From a bacterium (GTDB lineage Bacteria; Pseudomonadota; Gammaproteobacteria; GCA-002705445; GCA-002716945), in NCBI GenBank assembly GCA_029979505.1, contig JAPOHH010000001.1, forward strand, positions 55,034 through 119,033: DNA of 64,000 nucleotides, in the 5' to 3' direction. The notes below the pieces were generated by a model, which was not told the DNA's origin, ran no database searches, and was given only the letters and a program-made list of their open reading frames with translations. How positions within the stretch are numbered: the first letter of the stretch is position 1; the number at the start of each line of letters is the position of its first letter. The position numbers and the translations under genes were made by a program. This document shows positions 49,169 to 59,419 of the stretch, piece after piece.

Positions 49169-50311
49169 ATGAAAAAGATCTTGCACTTGTCGAAATTCAA
49201 TGCTCCTCATTATGGCGGTATTGAGCGTGTAGTTGAGACTATAACTAATGGGTTATCCTGTAGATATAAGCATATAATTATCTCTTTTAAAAAATCATTA
49301 CAAGAAGACTCAATAAAAATAAAGAATGTAGAAAATATAAGTGAAAGAAGTTTAATAACAATTTTATCTCAACCAATAAATATTAATTATTTTCTTCACG
49401 TAAAGCAATATATCAATAATGTTGATTTAGTACATATTCATGCTCCAAATCTGGTTGCTTTCTTAGCTATGATAATGTTCAGGAAGAATACAAAATTTAT
49501 TGTACATTGGCATAGTGATATTATTAAGAATTCAACTATAACTTTTTTTACTAAATTTTTAGAAAAATATATACTTAATAAGTCTTATAAAATAATTGCA
49601 ACTTCAGAAAACTATGCTAAACATTCAGCATCACTCAGCAAGTACCAAGATAAAATAAAAATAATTCCAATAGGTGTGGCAAAAGATAAATTTAACTCTG
49701 AAGTTGATATAGAAAATCTATCTAATAAATCTATCTATAAAAAGAATAAAAATAAAAAAATAGCGTTATATGTAGGGAGATTTGTAAAATATAAATCATT
49801 AATCAATTTTATTAAATCTGCGGTTAATCTAACTGATGAAGCTGTAATATATTTAGTTGGAAATGGCCCTGAAAAGAAAAAAATGGTTGAAACAATTAAA
49901 AATTGCAAGCTGAGCAATAAGGTATATATTCTTGATGGAGTTGATGACCAAGAACTAAATTATCTATATAAAAAAGCAAGAGTGTTTTGCTTACCATCAA
50001 CTACAAAAGCTGAAGCCTTTGGTGTAGTCTTAGCAGAAGCATTGATGAATAAAATACCATTAGTTGTTTATAACATCCCAGGCTCAGGTGTTAACTGGGT
50101 AAATGAAAATAATATTACTGGCTATAATATTGAAAATTATCAAAAAGATATTTTTATAAAAAAAGTAAATGAAATAATATTATCTGATGAACTTCATAGA
50201 AAACTTTCATCTGGTGCGGAAAAAAGATACGAAAGATATTTTACAGCGGATTCTTTTATTGATTCTATAGAAAAAATCTACGAAGAAATAATTAATTCAA
50301 ATAATTTATAA
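49169..50311 (+). CDS. Glycosyltransferase family 4
   Basis: GT-B C-terminal motif EAFGVVLAEALMNKIPLV. Confidence 0.75.
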   Translation: MKKILHLSKFNAPHYGGIERVVETITNGLSCRYKHIIISFKKSLQEDSIKIKNVENISERSLITILSQPININYFLHVKQYINNVDLVHIHAPNLVAFLAMIMFRKNTKFIVHWHSDIIKNSTITFFTKFLEKYILNKSYKIIATSENYAKHSASLSKYQDKIKIIPIGVAKDKFNSEVDIENLSNKSIYKKNKNKKIALYVGRFVKYKSLINFIKSAVNLTDEAVIYLVGNGPEKKKMVETIKNCKLSNKVYILDGVDDQELNYLYKKARVFCLPSTTKAEAFGVVLAEALMNKIPLVVYNIPGSGVNWVNENNITGYNIENYQKDIFIKKVNEIILSDELHRKLSSGAEKRYERYFTADSFIDSIEKIYEEIINSNNL

Positions 50312-51362
50312 ATTCATAAATAAAATTATCTTCACTAAATTTTTTTGAATTCTCTTTACAATCATAAAACATATTTTTAGCTTTTTGAGAATCAAGATTT
50401 TCGACGGCAATTTTAATATCTTTAATTGTTGGTTCCTCATCTAGAATTATACCAGTTACTTCATGCTTTATAATCTCAACAATACCTCCGCTTTTAGAAA
50501 TTATTACTGGTTTTCCATGAGCATTAGCTTCTGCTGCTGACATACCAAAATCTTCATTTTTTGGTATATAAACGCAAGCAATTGATTGATTAATCAGTTC
50601 TTGTAATTCGTTATCTACAAGCCATCCAGTAAATTTAATATTTTCTTTTGCAATTCTCTTAAGAGTTGAAAGTTCTGATCCACCAGATGCAACAATAAGT
50701 TGTTTATCTGGCATTTCATTAAATGCTTTAATAATTAGATCTACTCTCTTATACTTTTCAAGTCTTCCAATGGATAAATAATATCCTTTATTATCATTTT
50801 TTAAATTATTAGACTGTTTGATAGGTGGATATAAAACATGAGCATCAAGGTTAGTATGTTCTTTTATAGTTCTTTTAGAATGCATGGAATTTGTAAGTAT
50901 ACAGTCCATCTTATGTAGATTTAGTAAATATAATCTTTTATATATAGAAAAGGCTAATTTAACAAAAGGTCTTAGTAAATAATTGAATCTATTGAGATAG
51001 TTTTCATTCATTTTATATATAAATCTTGGGAGTGTATGGCAATAATAAATCTTTTTACCTTTTTTTTGATATACAGAATTTAAGATTGAGAAAACGCCAC
51101 TATAGATGACTACATCATAATTATTTATATTTTTTATTTTAAATAAAAATCTTAAAAATACTTGTATAACCCTAGGTATTAACGGCAGGTTACATAATAC
51201 ATCTACTTTATCGAGACCATCTGAGTATATATAGTTTTTATTTATCCATCCAACAATTATTTTTGCTTGAATTTTATTTTTCAAGATTGTAACAAGTTTT
51301 TCTGCTCCTCCATTAACGTGAAAGTAATCATGAAGAATAAGAACATTTTTAATTTTATTCAT
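50292..51362 (-). CDS. Glycosyltransferase family 4
   Basis: EDFGMSAAEANAHGKPVI motif. Confidence 0.75.
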   Translation of the reverse strand: MNKIKNVLILHDYFHVNGGAEKLVTILKNKIQAKIIVGWINKNYIYSDGLDKVDVLCNLPLIPRVIQVFLRFLFKIKNINNYDVVIYSGVFSILNSVYQKKGKKIYYCHTLPRFIYKMNENYLNRFNYLLRPFVKLAFSIYKRLYLLNLHKMDCILTNSMHSKRTIKEHTNLDAHVLYPPIKQSNNLKNDNKGYYLSIGRLEKYKRVDLIIKAFNEMPDKQLIVASGGSELSTLKRIAKENIKFTGWLVDNELQELINQSIACVYIPKNEDFGMSAAEANAHGKPVIISKSGGIVEIIKHEVTGIILDEEPTIKDIKIAVENLDSQKAKNMFYDCKENSKKFSEDNFIYEFINYLN

Positions 51363-52944
51363 TTTCTTGAATAAACTCTTTTTTATTTATTATGCCCTCG
51401 CATATTAAATCTAATCCATTATCATTTCCGGGTAATAATTCGCTAGTTTTAGTGACATTTAGACCAAACGGAGAAAAGTATTTCGAGTACTTAATTGATT
51501 TAAGTTTTATCATTCTTTGAAAGAAAATATAGTATGCAAATTTTTTTGCTTTAATAATTAAATCGTCACTCAATATTTTACTATATGGTAGCATATCTAG
51601 CTGTTTTTTATATTCATTAACCGAATCCACATCTATTGTAAATCCTTTATTACGCGCCCAAGATTCTCCTGCTACAATAACTGGTTTACCTGTACAGGAA
51701 ATTTCTATTGCCATTTTTGTACCATAAACAATACAACTATCACTTATTTCAACAAGATTATATGTTGAAATATTACTTGATGCTTGAACTATAAATATAT
51801 TCTTTGGAATCGTTTTATATTTTTTTATGATTTCTTCATATACACTTTGATTCGATGGGACGGTACCTAAAATCTCTCCGGGGTGTATCCTTATAACTAG
51901 TTGAGTCTTCTCATTTTTTTTAAAATAATCAATAGTATAAAAAAGCCAATCAAGCATCGATTTAAATATATGTCCTTTGAAATGCAGTTGAGCATCCCAC
52001 AAAACATTCGTAAGAAGTGTTACGATTGGTTTTTTTTGATCAATACCAAGAGAACTATACATATCTTTATTTAGGGATTTATTTTGAAAGGAAATCCAAT
52101 CATTTGTTCCTGTTTTTCTGCTATTTAGATAATTCATAAGCTTTATGTTCTTTTCTAAGCACCATTTCATTCGAGTCCAATTATTATCATCAGTAAGAAT
52201 TGTTCTGTGATATGTATCATTATGACTAAATAAAACAGTTCCTTTTCTATAAGATGGTCCCCAATTAATCACATGAATATTTTTCTTTCTACATACGTCT
52301 CCAATTATTCCTTGAGGAACATAAATTCCATGATGAAATACTACGCTTGTGAAATTGTATGTATTGGTTATATTATCAATAACTCTTTTTGTTAGTTCAG
52401 ATGCTTTCTTATATTTTTTTAATATTTGATTATGTATAGGGCCATTAAGTGTACCTCTTCCGAGATATCTCAGTGCACCAGCTCGTGCATGTTCATCAAT
52501 ACTGATATTTATTTCATGATTACTGTGATAATTATAATCACTATATTTTAAAACTTCTATACCAAGAGAATCATACATTTTTTTTGAATGATGGTATGAT
52601 GAACTACATATCGATTTGTTTCCTTCTAAAAGAAATCTTTTTTCATTTAACCAGTAAGATTCACATTCTTGACATGCATCAATAAGACCATCATTTAAAA
52701 GAATTTTTACTGATACACCTCTTAATGTTAATGCAATTGCTAATAAACTTTCAAAAGAGCTACATGGCCATAACCCACCGGTACTTGTTGCTATAAGAAT
52801 TTTTGATTCAGAAGAATTAACTACCCCCGCATCTTTGATAACTTTATCCCAATTAAATCTTGCAGATGTATAAGGCCTTATTTTTCTTAAAACAAATTCA
52901 TATAAAAAACTTTTTCTTATTTTTTTTGTTATTGAATTAGACAT
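51355..52944 (-). CDS. Putative polysaccharide biosynthesis transferase with R-x-HP motif (capsule KpsS/KpsC-like or TagF-like GT-B; family uncertain)
   Basis: VIRIHPGE followed by ...ISDSCIVYGTKMAIEISCTGKPVI, resembling the HP motif and C-terminal region of Capsule_synth/Glyphos_transf families (from memory). Confidence 0.35.
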   Translation of the reverse strand: MSNSITKKIRKSFLYEFVLRKIRPYTSARFNWDKVIKDAGVVNSSESKILIATSTGGLWPCSSFESLLAIALTLRGVSVKILLNDGLIDACQECESYWLNEKRFLLEGNKSICSSSYHHSKKMYDSLGIEVLKYSDYNYHSNHEINISIDEHARAGALRYLGRGTLNGPIHNQILKKYKKASELTKRVIDNITNTYNFTSVVFHHGIYVPQGIIGDVCRKKNIHVINWGPSYRKGTVLFSHNDTYHRTILTDDNNWTRMKWCLEKNIKLMNYLNSRKTGTNDWISFQNKSLNKDMYSSLGIDQKKPIVTLLTNVLWDAQLHFKGHIFKSMLDWLFYTIDYFKKNEKTQLVIRIHPGEILGTVPSNQSVYEEIIKKYKTIPKNIFIVQASSNISTYNLVEISDSCIVYGTKMAIEISCTGKPVIVAGESWARNKGFTIDVDSVNEYKKQLDMLPYSKILSDDLIIKAKKFAYYIFFQRMIKLKSIKYSKYFSPFGLNVTKTSELLPGNDNGLDLICEGIINKKEFIQENE

Positions 52945-52962
52945 TTATGTATAGTCTATTTT

Positions 52963-54030
52963 TTATTTAAAAAGATAAGTATCAATTTGTTTATTACATA
53001 ATTCAGAAATATCAACTTTATCAATATAACCTTTATGCCAATTAACAATATTTTCAATAGTCTTTTTTAATTTCCATTTTGGATGCCACTGCAAATATTT
53101 TTTTGCTTTTTCATTATTTAACATCAACAATGATGCTTCGTGCGGATGCTTACCATCCTGATTACATATTTCAATTTCAGCCCCGTATGATTTAACTATC
53201 AAAGATGCCAACTCATATACAGAACAGTTATTCTCATCATCAGGACCAAAGTTCCACCCGCCTGAAAATTTTTTAGGATCTTTATATAACTTTTCTGCTA
53301 ATTTTAAGTATCCCGATAAAGGTTCTAGTACATGTTGCCAAGGTCTTGTTGAATTAGGATTTCTTATATCCAACGAATTATTTTTTTGACATGATTGTAA
53401 AATATCAGGTACTAGACGGTCATCAGACCAATCACCGCCACCTATTACATTACCTGCTCTAGCAGATGCAAGACCTACTTCATTGATACTATAATAAGAT
53501 TTCCAAAATGAATTTGTTATTAATTCAGAACAAGCTTTGCTGCAGCTATACGGGTCGTGTCCACCCATCCTGTCGTTTTCAGTATATGGAACATTAGTTT
53601 CATGATTTTCATAGCATTTATCAGATGTAATATTTATAAATGCTTTCAGTGATTTACACGACATAGATGTTTCTAGTAGATTAACTGTTCCCATGATATT
53701 AGTTGAATACGTGCTTACAGGATCTTGATATGATTTCCTGACAATTGCTTGTGCTGCCATATGAATAATGATTTCAGGCTTTGTATCGCTAATAAGATTC
53801 TTTACAGATTCATAGTTTGATAAATCACCAATATAGGAATTTATTTTTTTACCAATCAGGGATAGTTCATATAAATTAGGTTTTTTAATTGGATTCAAAG
53901 AAAATCCAGATACATTAGCTTCAAGTTTATTAAGAAGAATTGTTAACCATGAACCTTTAAATCCCGTATGACCAGTTATTAAAACATTTTTATTTTTCCA
54001 AAAGTCTTTATCTACTACCATACTTTCCAT
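52963..54030 (-). CDS. rfbG: CDP-glucose 4,6-dehydratase
   Basis: VLITGHTGFKGSWL Rossmann motif, YxxxK in DPYSCSKAC, and overall RfbG-like sequence. Confidence 0.85.
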   Translation of the reverse strand: MESMVVDKDFWKNKNVLITGHTGFKGSWLTILLNKLEANVSGFSLNPIKKPNLYELSLIGKKINSYIGDLSNYESVKNLISDTKPEIIIHMAAQAIVRKSYQDPVSTYSTNIMGTVNLLETSMSCKSLKAFINITSDKCYENHETNVPYTENDRMGGHDPYSCSKACSELITNSFWKSYYSINEVGLASARAGNVIGGGDWSDDRLVPDILQSCQKNNSLDIRNPNSTRPWQHVLEPLSGYLKLAEKLYKDPKKFSGGWNFGPDDENNCSVYELASLIVKSYGAEIEICNQDGKHPHEASLLMLNNEKAKKYLQWHPKWKLKKTIENIVNWHKGYIDKVDISELCNKQIDTYLFK

Positions 54031-54827
54031 TTAGCTTTTCTATTATCCCACATGTTGTCTAGTAAGTTTTTATCTCTTAGAGTGTCCATTGGCTGCCAAA
54101 AATCTTTATGTATATATGCGGATAATTGTCCTTCACTTGCAATTTTTTCTAATGGCTCCTTTTCCCAGATTATCTGATCACCGTCAATATAGTCTAGCAC
54201 TTTTGGTTTGAGAACAAAGAAACCGCCATTGATGTAACCATTATCAGAAACAGGTTTTTCAATAAACGATTCAACTTTATCGCTATCAATTTTTAAAGAT
54301 CCAAATCGTCCTGGTGGATTTACTGCGGTAACTGTTGCTAACCTATTTGACTTAGTATGAAAATCAATTAATTTTGAAATATCTACATTTGATAAACCGT
54401 CACCATATGTAAAGCAGAAGTCATCATCACCTATAAATTTTTTTACAGCTTTAAGCCGACCGCCAGTTAATGTAGATTCGCCTGTATCTACTAAAGTAAT
54501 TTTCCAAGGTTCACTCTTATGGGCATGTATATTATGACTGTTATTTTCTAAATCAATTGTTAAATCAGAGACATGAAGAAAATAATTAAAAAAATATTCC
54601 TTAATTTGATATCCCTTATATCCACAACAAATAATAAATTCATTGATTCCATAATGGGAATATATTTTCATGATATGCCACAGGATGGGTTTTCCTCCTA
54701 TTTCTATCATAGGTTTAGGCTTGAGATTACTCTCTTCAGAGATTCTAGTCCCTAGACCACCAGCTAAAATAACGCATTTTTTAACGTGATTTGACAAAAG
54801 AGTACCCCTCTTGATGTTGCTCTGCAT
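54015..54827 (-). CDS. rfbF: Glucose-1-phosphate cytidylyltransferase
   Basis: KCVILAGGLGTRISEE matches the RfbF N-terminus. The true start may be the TTG about 14 codons in (AAGAGGGG SD upstream) rather than the first ATG. Confidence 0.85.
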   Translation of the reverse strand: MQSNIKRGTLLSNHVKKCVILAGGLGTRISEESNLKPKPMIEIGGKPILWHIMKIYSHYGINEFIICCGYKGYQIKEYFFNYFLHVSDLTIDLENNSHNIHAHKSEPWKITLVDTGESTLTGGRLKAVKKFIGDDDFCFTYGDGLSNVDISKLIDFHTKSNRLATVTAVNPPGRFGSLKIDSDKVESFIEKPVSDNGYINGGFFVLKPKVLDYIDGDQIIWEKEPLEKIASEGQLSAYIHKDFWQPMDTLRDKNLLDNMWDNRKAKWKVW

Positions 54828-54897
54828 ATGCAGTTCATCACGATTATAGACTAAATTATCAGTAAATAGTACGGAAAATGACTGTGATTAAATATAA

Positions 54898-55905
54898 TTA
54901 GAAAATATAACCATTTTCATTATGAATTTTTTTTAAAAAATTGATTTGTTGATCTTCTATATTTGCATCCCTATGAATATTCTTAACAGTTCTCATATGT
55001 AAGGCAAAAGGCTTCTTATTATATAGAATTTCTTCTGGACGCATGTATTCATACTCTTTTGGATATATTTTTTTTATAAATGAGTATGTATTTTGATAAT
55101 TAATTCTTGGGATAACACCTAATATTTCTGGTAGCCAATTTCTTAATATTCTTGGAAATGTTTTTCTAACCTTACACAAATCATTATAATTAAATATATT
55201 CAATTGATTATTAAATAGAAAGACAGGGATATTATTACTCTTAGTATAATCTCTCAAATAGGATAAAGTATCCTTAGAAATATTTAATTTATAAATTGTA
55301 AACAATGGTACTAATAGAAGACTAGCTGGATATCTAAGAATAGTTTTTTGTAGATTAATAATGAGATATTTTAATTTCATTGCTAATTTACGTTTTTTTT
55401 CACTTACATTTAATTCAGGGGAAAATGATAGAAGGTCACGATTGATATTTGCAAAATTTATTGAAAAGAAATGGGGAGCAACAAAATCCTTCCATTTACT
55501 TGTTGAAGATAAATCCCATCGCATTCCTACTACTGGATAATTATTGTGAAGATTTAAAATAATATTTGAAAAATTCATATCAATAAATAAAAAATCAGGA
55601 TCTATAAATGTAACTACCTTGTTTTTATGATTAATTGAATCTAATCCAAAAAGTAAATTCGCAGAGTGATGATATGATCCCTCATCGTAGGGAGTAAAAA
55701 AAGAAGATATTCCTCTAATGAAAGTTATTTTTATATTATCTTGATTATTTATTAAGACTTTTGCATGTTCATATAATTCAGGATTAATTATTAAATTAAA
55801 TATAAGCTCATTATCAAATTTACAGTTAGCAAGAGAGCTAAGATGGAAATTAACTAAATTCAACTCAGATTTTTTATATATTGAAATAATAAAATTATGC
55901 TTCAT
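54898..55905 (-). CDS. Uncharacterised putative transferase, paralogue A (no recognisable family)
   Basis: Clear paralogue of 57099-58136: shared motifs SFFTPYDxGSYHH, IDPDFxFI, DFVAPHFFSI, FALHMRTVKN. Confidence 0.5.
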   Translation of the reverse strand: MKHNFIISIYKKSELNLVNFHLSSLANCKFDNELIFNLIINPELYEHAKVLINNQDNIKITFIRGISSFFTPYDEGSYHHSANLLFGLDSINHKNKVVTFIDPDFLFIDMNFSNIILNLHNNYPVVGMRWDLSSTSKWKDFVAPHFFSINFANINRDLLSFSPELNVSEKKRKLAMKLKYLIINLQKTILRYPASLLLVPLFTIYKLNISKDTLSYLRDYTKSNNIPVFLFNNQLNIFNYNDLCKVRKTFPRILRNWLPEILGVIPRINYQNTYSFIKKIYPKEYEYMRPEEILYNKKPFALHMRTVKNIHRDANIEDQQINFLKKIHNENGYIF

Positions 55906-57133
55906 TTAATGTCATCAATACTCTATCAGCTTGATCTTTCAATAAATTATTTATATAAGCAGGATCAAACCATATACGATTATTTATTTCATATTCTATT
56001 TGGTAAATATTAATATCTTTCTCACAATATACAATATAAGGATGAAGTGCGAGTGGAACTCTTAATGCAATCTCTGGTCTCATGATAACGTAACAACCTG
56101 CCATGATTGCTTCTAGAATTTTTGTTTTAAAACCCCAACCAGAACTATCTAGTACAAATAATGCTGTATATGAATGAAGTATAGATAATGGAGATTTAAG
56201 ATCACCTACATTCAGCATCCTTTCTTTACTTTTAAGGTGTTTAATATAAGGACCTGTATAAGATATTTTTATATCTTTAGGAAATTTATCAACAAACCCT
56301 GATAGATACATTATTTCTTGGTCAAGTCTTTCATTTTGAATATATGATGATCCATAAATAAGGTATTTTTGATTTGAACCATTATGCTCTCTTGGCTGAA
56401 TTTCTGACAGAAGCTCTTCAGTGATATAATATGGTACGTACTTAATTTTTCTCATTCGTACGTCATGAGAGCTAAAATGTAACTTATTCCAATAATTCAC
56501 AATATCATATTCACTTATTGAATGGATTTCATCAGCATATTTCAGTGCAATACAATCAGAAATATAGCATTTTAGACCAGTATAGTACTGCATCTTCCAT
56601 TCAAATCTATGAAAACCCTCTGCATTATGTGACCTGAAAATAATTTTTACATCCGGATAAGCTTTTTTTAGATACTTTATTGTTAATCCGTATGACCCTG
56701 GAACATCAAGGTATATCGTATGTATAGATAAATTATTCTCTTTTATTAATTTAAGAAATACAACTTTTAAAAGAGCTTTAAGTATTCGATCTCCTCGAAT
56801 TGTTTTAAGAGATATAAAAGATATATTATTTCTCTTAAAATAATCTACTCTAGTTTTTATGTCTTTTGAACTACCAAGATAGTTCAATGATGGTACAGAG
56901 GTATTTTCAGGGACAATATGTAAGATATATTTTTTTGAACTTCCATTGAATTTTTCCCAACACTTCTTTTTCTTATAAAACCACATGGCTTTGATAGAGG
57001 TAGGTAAAAAATATTTTAATCTAAATAGTATTGGATTATGACTTATACTTAAGAATTTATAAATTTCATATAATAGACGTCTAATTTTACCTACAATGCT
57101 AGAAATCATGTAATTCACCCTCAAAAATACCAT
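55895..57133 (-). CDS. GT-B fold glycosyltransferase (GT4-like C-terminal domain)
   Basis: C-terminal GWGFKTKILEAIMAGCYVI resembles the GT-B nucleotide-sugar binding E-x7-E region. Confidence 0.5.
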   Translation of the reverse strand: MVFLRVNYMISSIVGKIRRLLYEIYKFLSISHNPILFRLKYFLPTSIKAMWFYKKKKCWEKFNGSSKKYILHIVPENTSVPSLNYLGSSKDIKTRVDYFKRNNISFISLKTIRGDRILKALLKVVFLKLIKENNLSIHTIYLDVPGSYGLTIKYLKKAYPDVKIIFRSHNAEGFHRFEWKMQYYTGLKCYISDCIALKYADEIHSISEYDIVNYWNKLHFSSHDVRMRKIKYVPYYITEELLSEIQPREHNGSNQKYLIYGSSYIQNERLDQEIMYLSGFVDKFPKDIKISYTGPYIKHLKSKERMLNVGDLKSPLSILHSYTALFVLDSSGWGFKTKILEAIMAGCYVIMRPEIALRVPLALHPYIVYCEKDINIYQIEYEINNRIWFDPAYINNLLKDQADRVLMTLNEA

Positions 57134-58136
57134 TTAAAGAAAAATAGTTTTTTAAAAAATTTAATTGAATTTCTCCAGTACCATCTTTACCTATTATTTT
57201 ATAAAAATTTTTTACAGTTCTCATGTGTAAAGCAAATAGTTTATTATCATAACTGATTTCTTCAGGTCTCATTAGTTTGTATTCACCTGGATTTGTATGT
57301 TTAATAAACGAGTGTTCTCTTGATTTTGTTTCTTTTGGAATATATCCAATTAATTTTGGCAACCAAAATCTAGAATAAATTGGAAATGCCTCTTTCATCT
57401 TGTCTAAAGAATTCAAATCAAATTCATTTATATTATTTTTGAATAGAAATATTGGAATATTATTCTTCTTAATATAATTTCGCAATACTGAAAGTGTATC
57501 ATAAGAAGATTTGATTCTTAGCCATGCATAAATTGGTAGAATGAGTAAATTTGATATTTTTCTCAGTAAATAGTTCTGCTTAAATTGATTAATTATATGT
57601 TCTAGATATTCATATTTAATTCTTTTTTTATTTGTAATTTCTAATTGTGGATTAAATATAACCCCGTCTGGACTAAGTTTTCTAAAATCTATTGAAAAGA
57701 AATGTGGAGCAACGAAATCCTTATGCTTATTATAATTAATATGTCCCCATTCCATACCTACTATATTATATCCACTGTCATGGAGTTTAGAAATTATCTC
57801 AGAGAAGTTTGTGTTTATAAAAAAAAAGTCAGGATCTATATAAGTAACAATCTTATTTTTTACATTTGCCTGCAATGTTCCAATTCTAAGATTTGCTGCA
57901 TGGTGATATGATCCTACATCGTATGGAGTAAAAAATGACGCAACACCTTTAATAGTCTCAATATTATCAATTTGATTAAGTTCATTATAAGCAAAGTCAA
58001 ATATTTCAGGATTAGCAACAATAAAAAACTTTAATTTTTTTTTTGTTTCAATTAAATTTAAATAATTAACATGAAACCTTATCAAAGGTATTTCTGATTT
58101 TTTATAAGTTGAAATTATTATATAATGGTCGCTCAT
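57099..58136 (-). CDS. Uncharacterised putative transferase, paralogue B
   Basis: Same conserved blocks as 54898-55905. Confidence 0.5.
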   Translation of the reverse strand: MSDHYIIISTYKKSEIPLIRFHVNYLNLIETKKKLKFFIVANPEIFDFAYNELNQIDNIETIKGVASFFTPYDVGSYHHAANLRIGTLQANVKNKIVTYIDPDFFFINTNFSEIISKLHDSGYNIVGMEWGHINYNKHKDFVAPHFFSIDFRKLSPDGVIFNPQLEITNKKRIKYEYLEHIINQFKQNYLLRKISNLLILPIYAWLRIKSSYDTLSVLRNYIKKNNIPIFLFKNNINEFDLNSLDKMKEAFPIYSRFWLPKLIGYIPKETKSREHSFIKHTNPGEYKLMRPEEISYDNKLFALHMRTVKNFYKIIGKDGTGEIQLNFLKNYFSLNGIFEGELHDF

Positions 58137-58153
58137 GGTTATTGAAAACCATA

Positions 58154-59413
58154 CTACTGTATAACAATATTTGATTCAATTATTTCTGAAGGACGTCTAT
58201 TTTTTAAAAATATTGATGATCTGTCAACATCCTCCTTATTTGCCATAGAATTTAGCAAATCAATAAGGTTTTCAGGTTTTACAGGAGCTATAATGCTCTC
58301 GTCAATCATTTGCTTAAAATGAGGTGCATTTGATTGTGTTTGATCAATACTATTATCAATAATTGCTATAGATTTTACACCTAAAGCATAACTGTCAATC
58401 ATTGCTGATGTGTTTAGTCCAAAAACTAAGTAAGATTTCAAAATTATCTCTGACAAATAAAGCTCAGATTGCTCGCTATGTGTTAATCCAACATTATCAT
58501 TATCAAATATAATTGACTTTGGTAGTCGTTCTTTAGAAATTAATTTAGCTGGATGAGAACGCACAATTAAACTGTATTCAGATAATTTACTCTTCTTGAT
58601 TGTTTCATATAAAAATAAAATATTTTTATTTTCATTACTTTTAATATTAGCTGAGGAACCAATATAAAGAATTTGTTTATCTTTTTTTATATCAATATTA
58701 TGCGAAATCCATTTTTCAAAAAATAATGATCCAGATATTATAATCTTTTCATTATTAATATGATGAATCTTCTTACAATATTCTTGTTGAAGTTTATTCC
58801 AAACATATACATAGTCAATTTGATTTAAAACCAGAGATTTAGTTGTTAAATTATCCCAAGTGAGTATCGGGTAATGAACTTTTAATCCTAAACATTTTGC
58901 AGCTAAAATATATTCATTCTCATTAGAAAATCTAAGATTAGCAGCTGTTGATATCATACAGTCATAGTTCATTGTTTTAATTCTCTCTTTAATAGATTTA
59001 TCGACAGGCAGGAGAAGATATAAATTATAAAATAAGCTGAATAGTATTTTTGATTTTAAAATCCTCTCGAATGTCTTATATTTACACAGGTATCTAATTA
59101 TTTTAGGCTGGTACAATATCCATCTCGTAATATAGAATTTCGTCGTTTCCTTTCTTCTTAAATATGACATCAATGTGATAAATTCGAATAAATATTTTTT
59201 CATATTGAAAAACAATCCACTACCAGAAATCATGGAATCATATTTAATTCTAAGCCCTTTTAAAAGTTTATGTTTTTTTAATTCAGTTATGTTTTTGGAT
59301 GACCAGGTTTCATCTAGATAAAGCGTACAGTCATTATTTATCGAAAGTTTACTTATCAGTTTGTATACATATGGTACATGGTCATATGATCTGATTGTAA
59401 TAAGTATTTTCAT
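58154..59413 (-). CDS. Putative TagF/KpsS-like transferase with R-x-HP motif
   Basis: VRSHPAKL followed by ...SYLVFGLNTSAMIDSYALGVKSIAI, resembling the Glyphos_transf/Capsule_synth catalytic region (from memory). Confidence 0.35.
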   Translation of the reverse strand: MKILITIRSYDHVPYVYKLISKLSINNDCTLYLDETWSSKNITELKKHKLLKGLRIKYDSMISGSGLFFNMKKYLFEFITLMSYLRRKETTKFYITRWILYQPKIIRYLCKYKTFERILKSKILFSLFYNLYLLLPVDKSIKERIKTMNYDCMISTAANLRFSNENEYILAAKCLGLKVHYPILTWDNLTTKSLVLNQIDYVYVWNKLQQEYCKKIHHINNEKIIISGSLFFEKWISHNIDIKKDKQILYIGSSANIKSNENKNILFLYETIKKSKLSEYSLIVRSHPAKLISKERLPKSIIFDNDNVGLTHSEQSELYLSEIILKSYLVFGLNTSAMIDSYALGVKSIAIIDNSIDQTQSNAPHFKQMIDESIIAPVKPENLIDLLNSMANKEDVDRSSIFLKNRRPSEIIESNIVIQ

Positions 59414-59419
59414 TTAATA

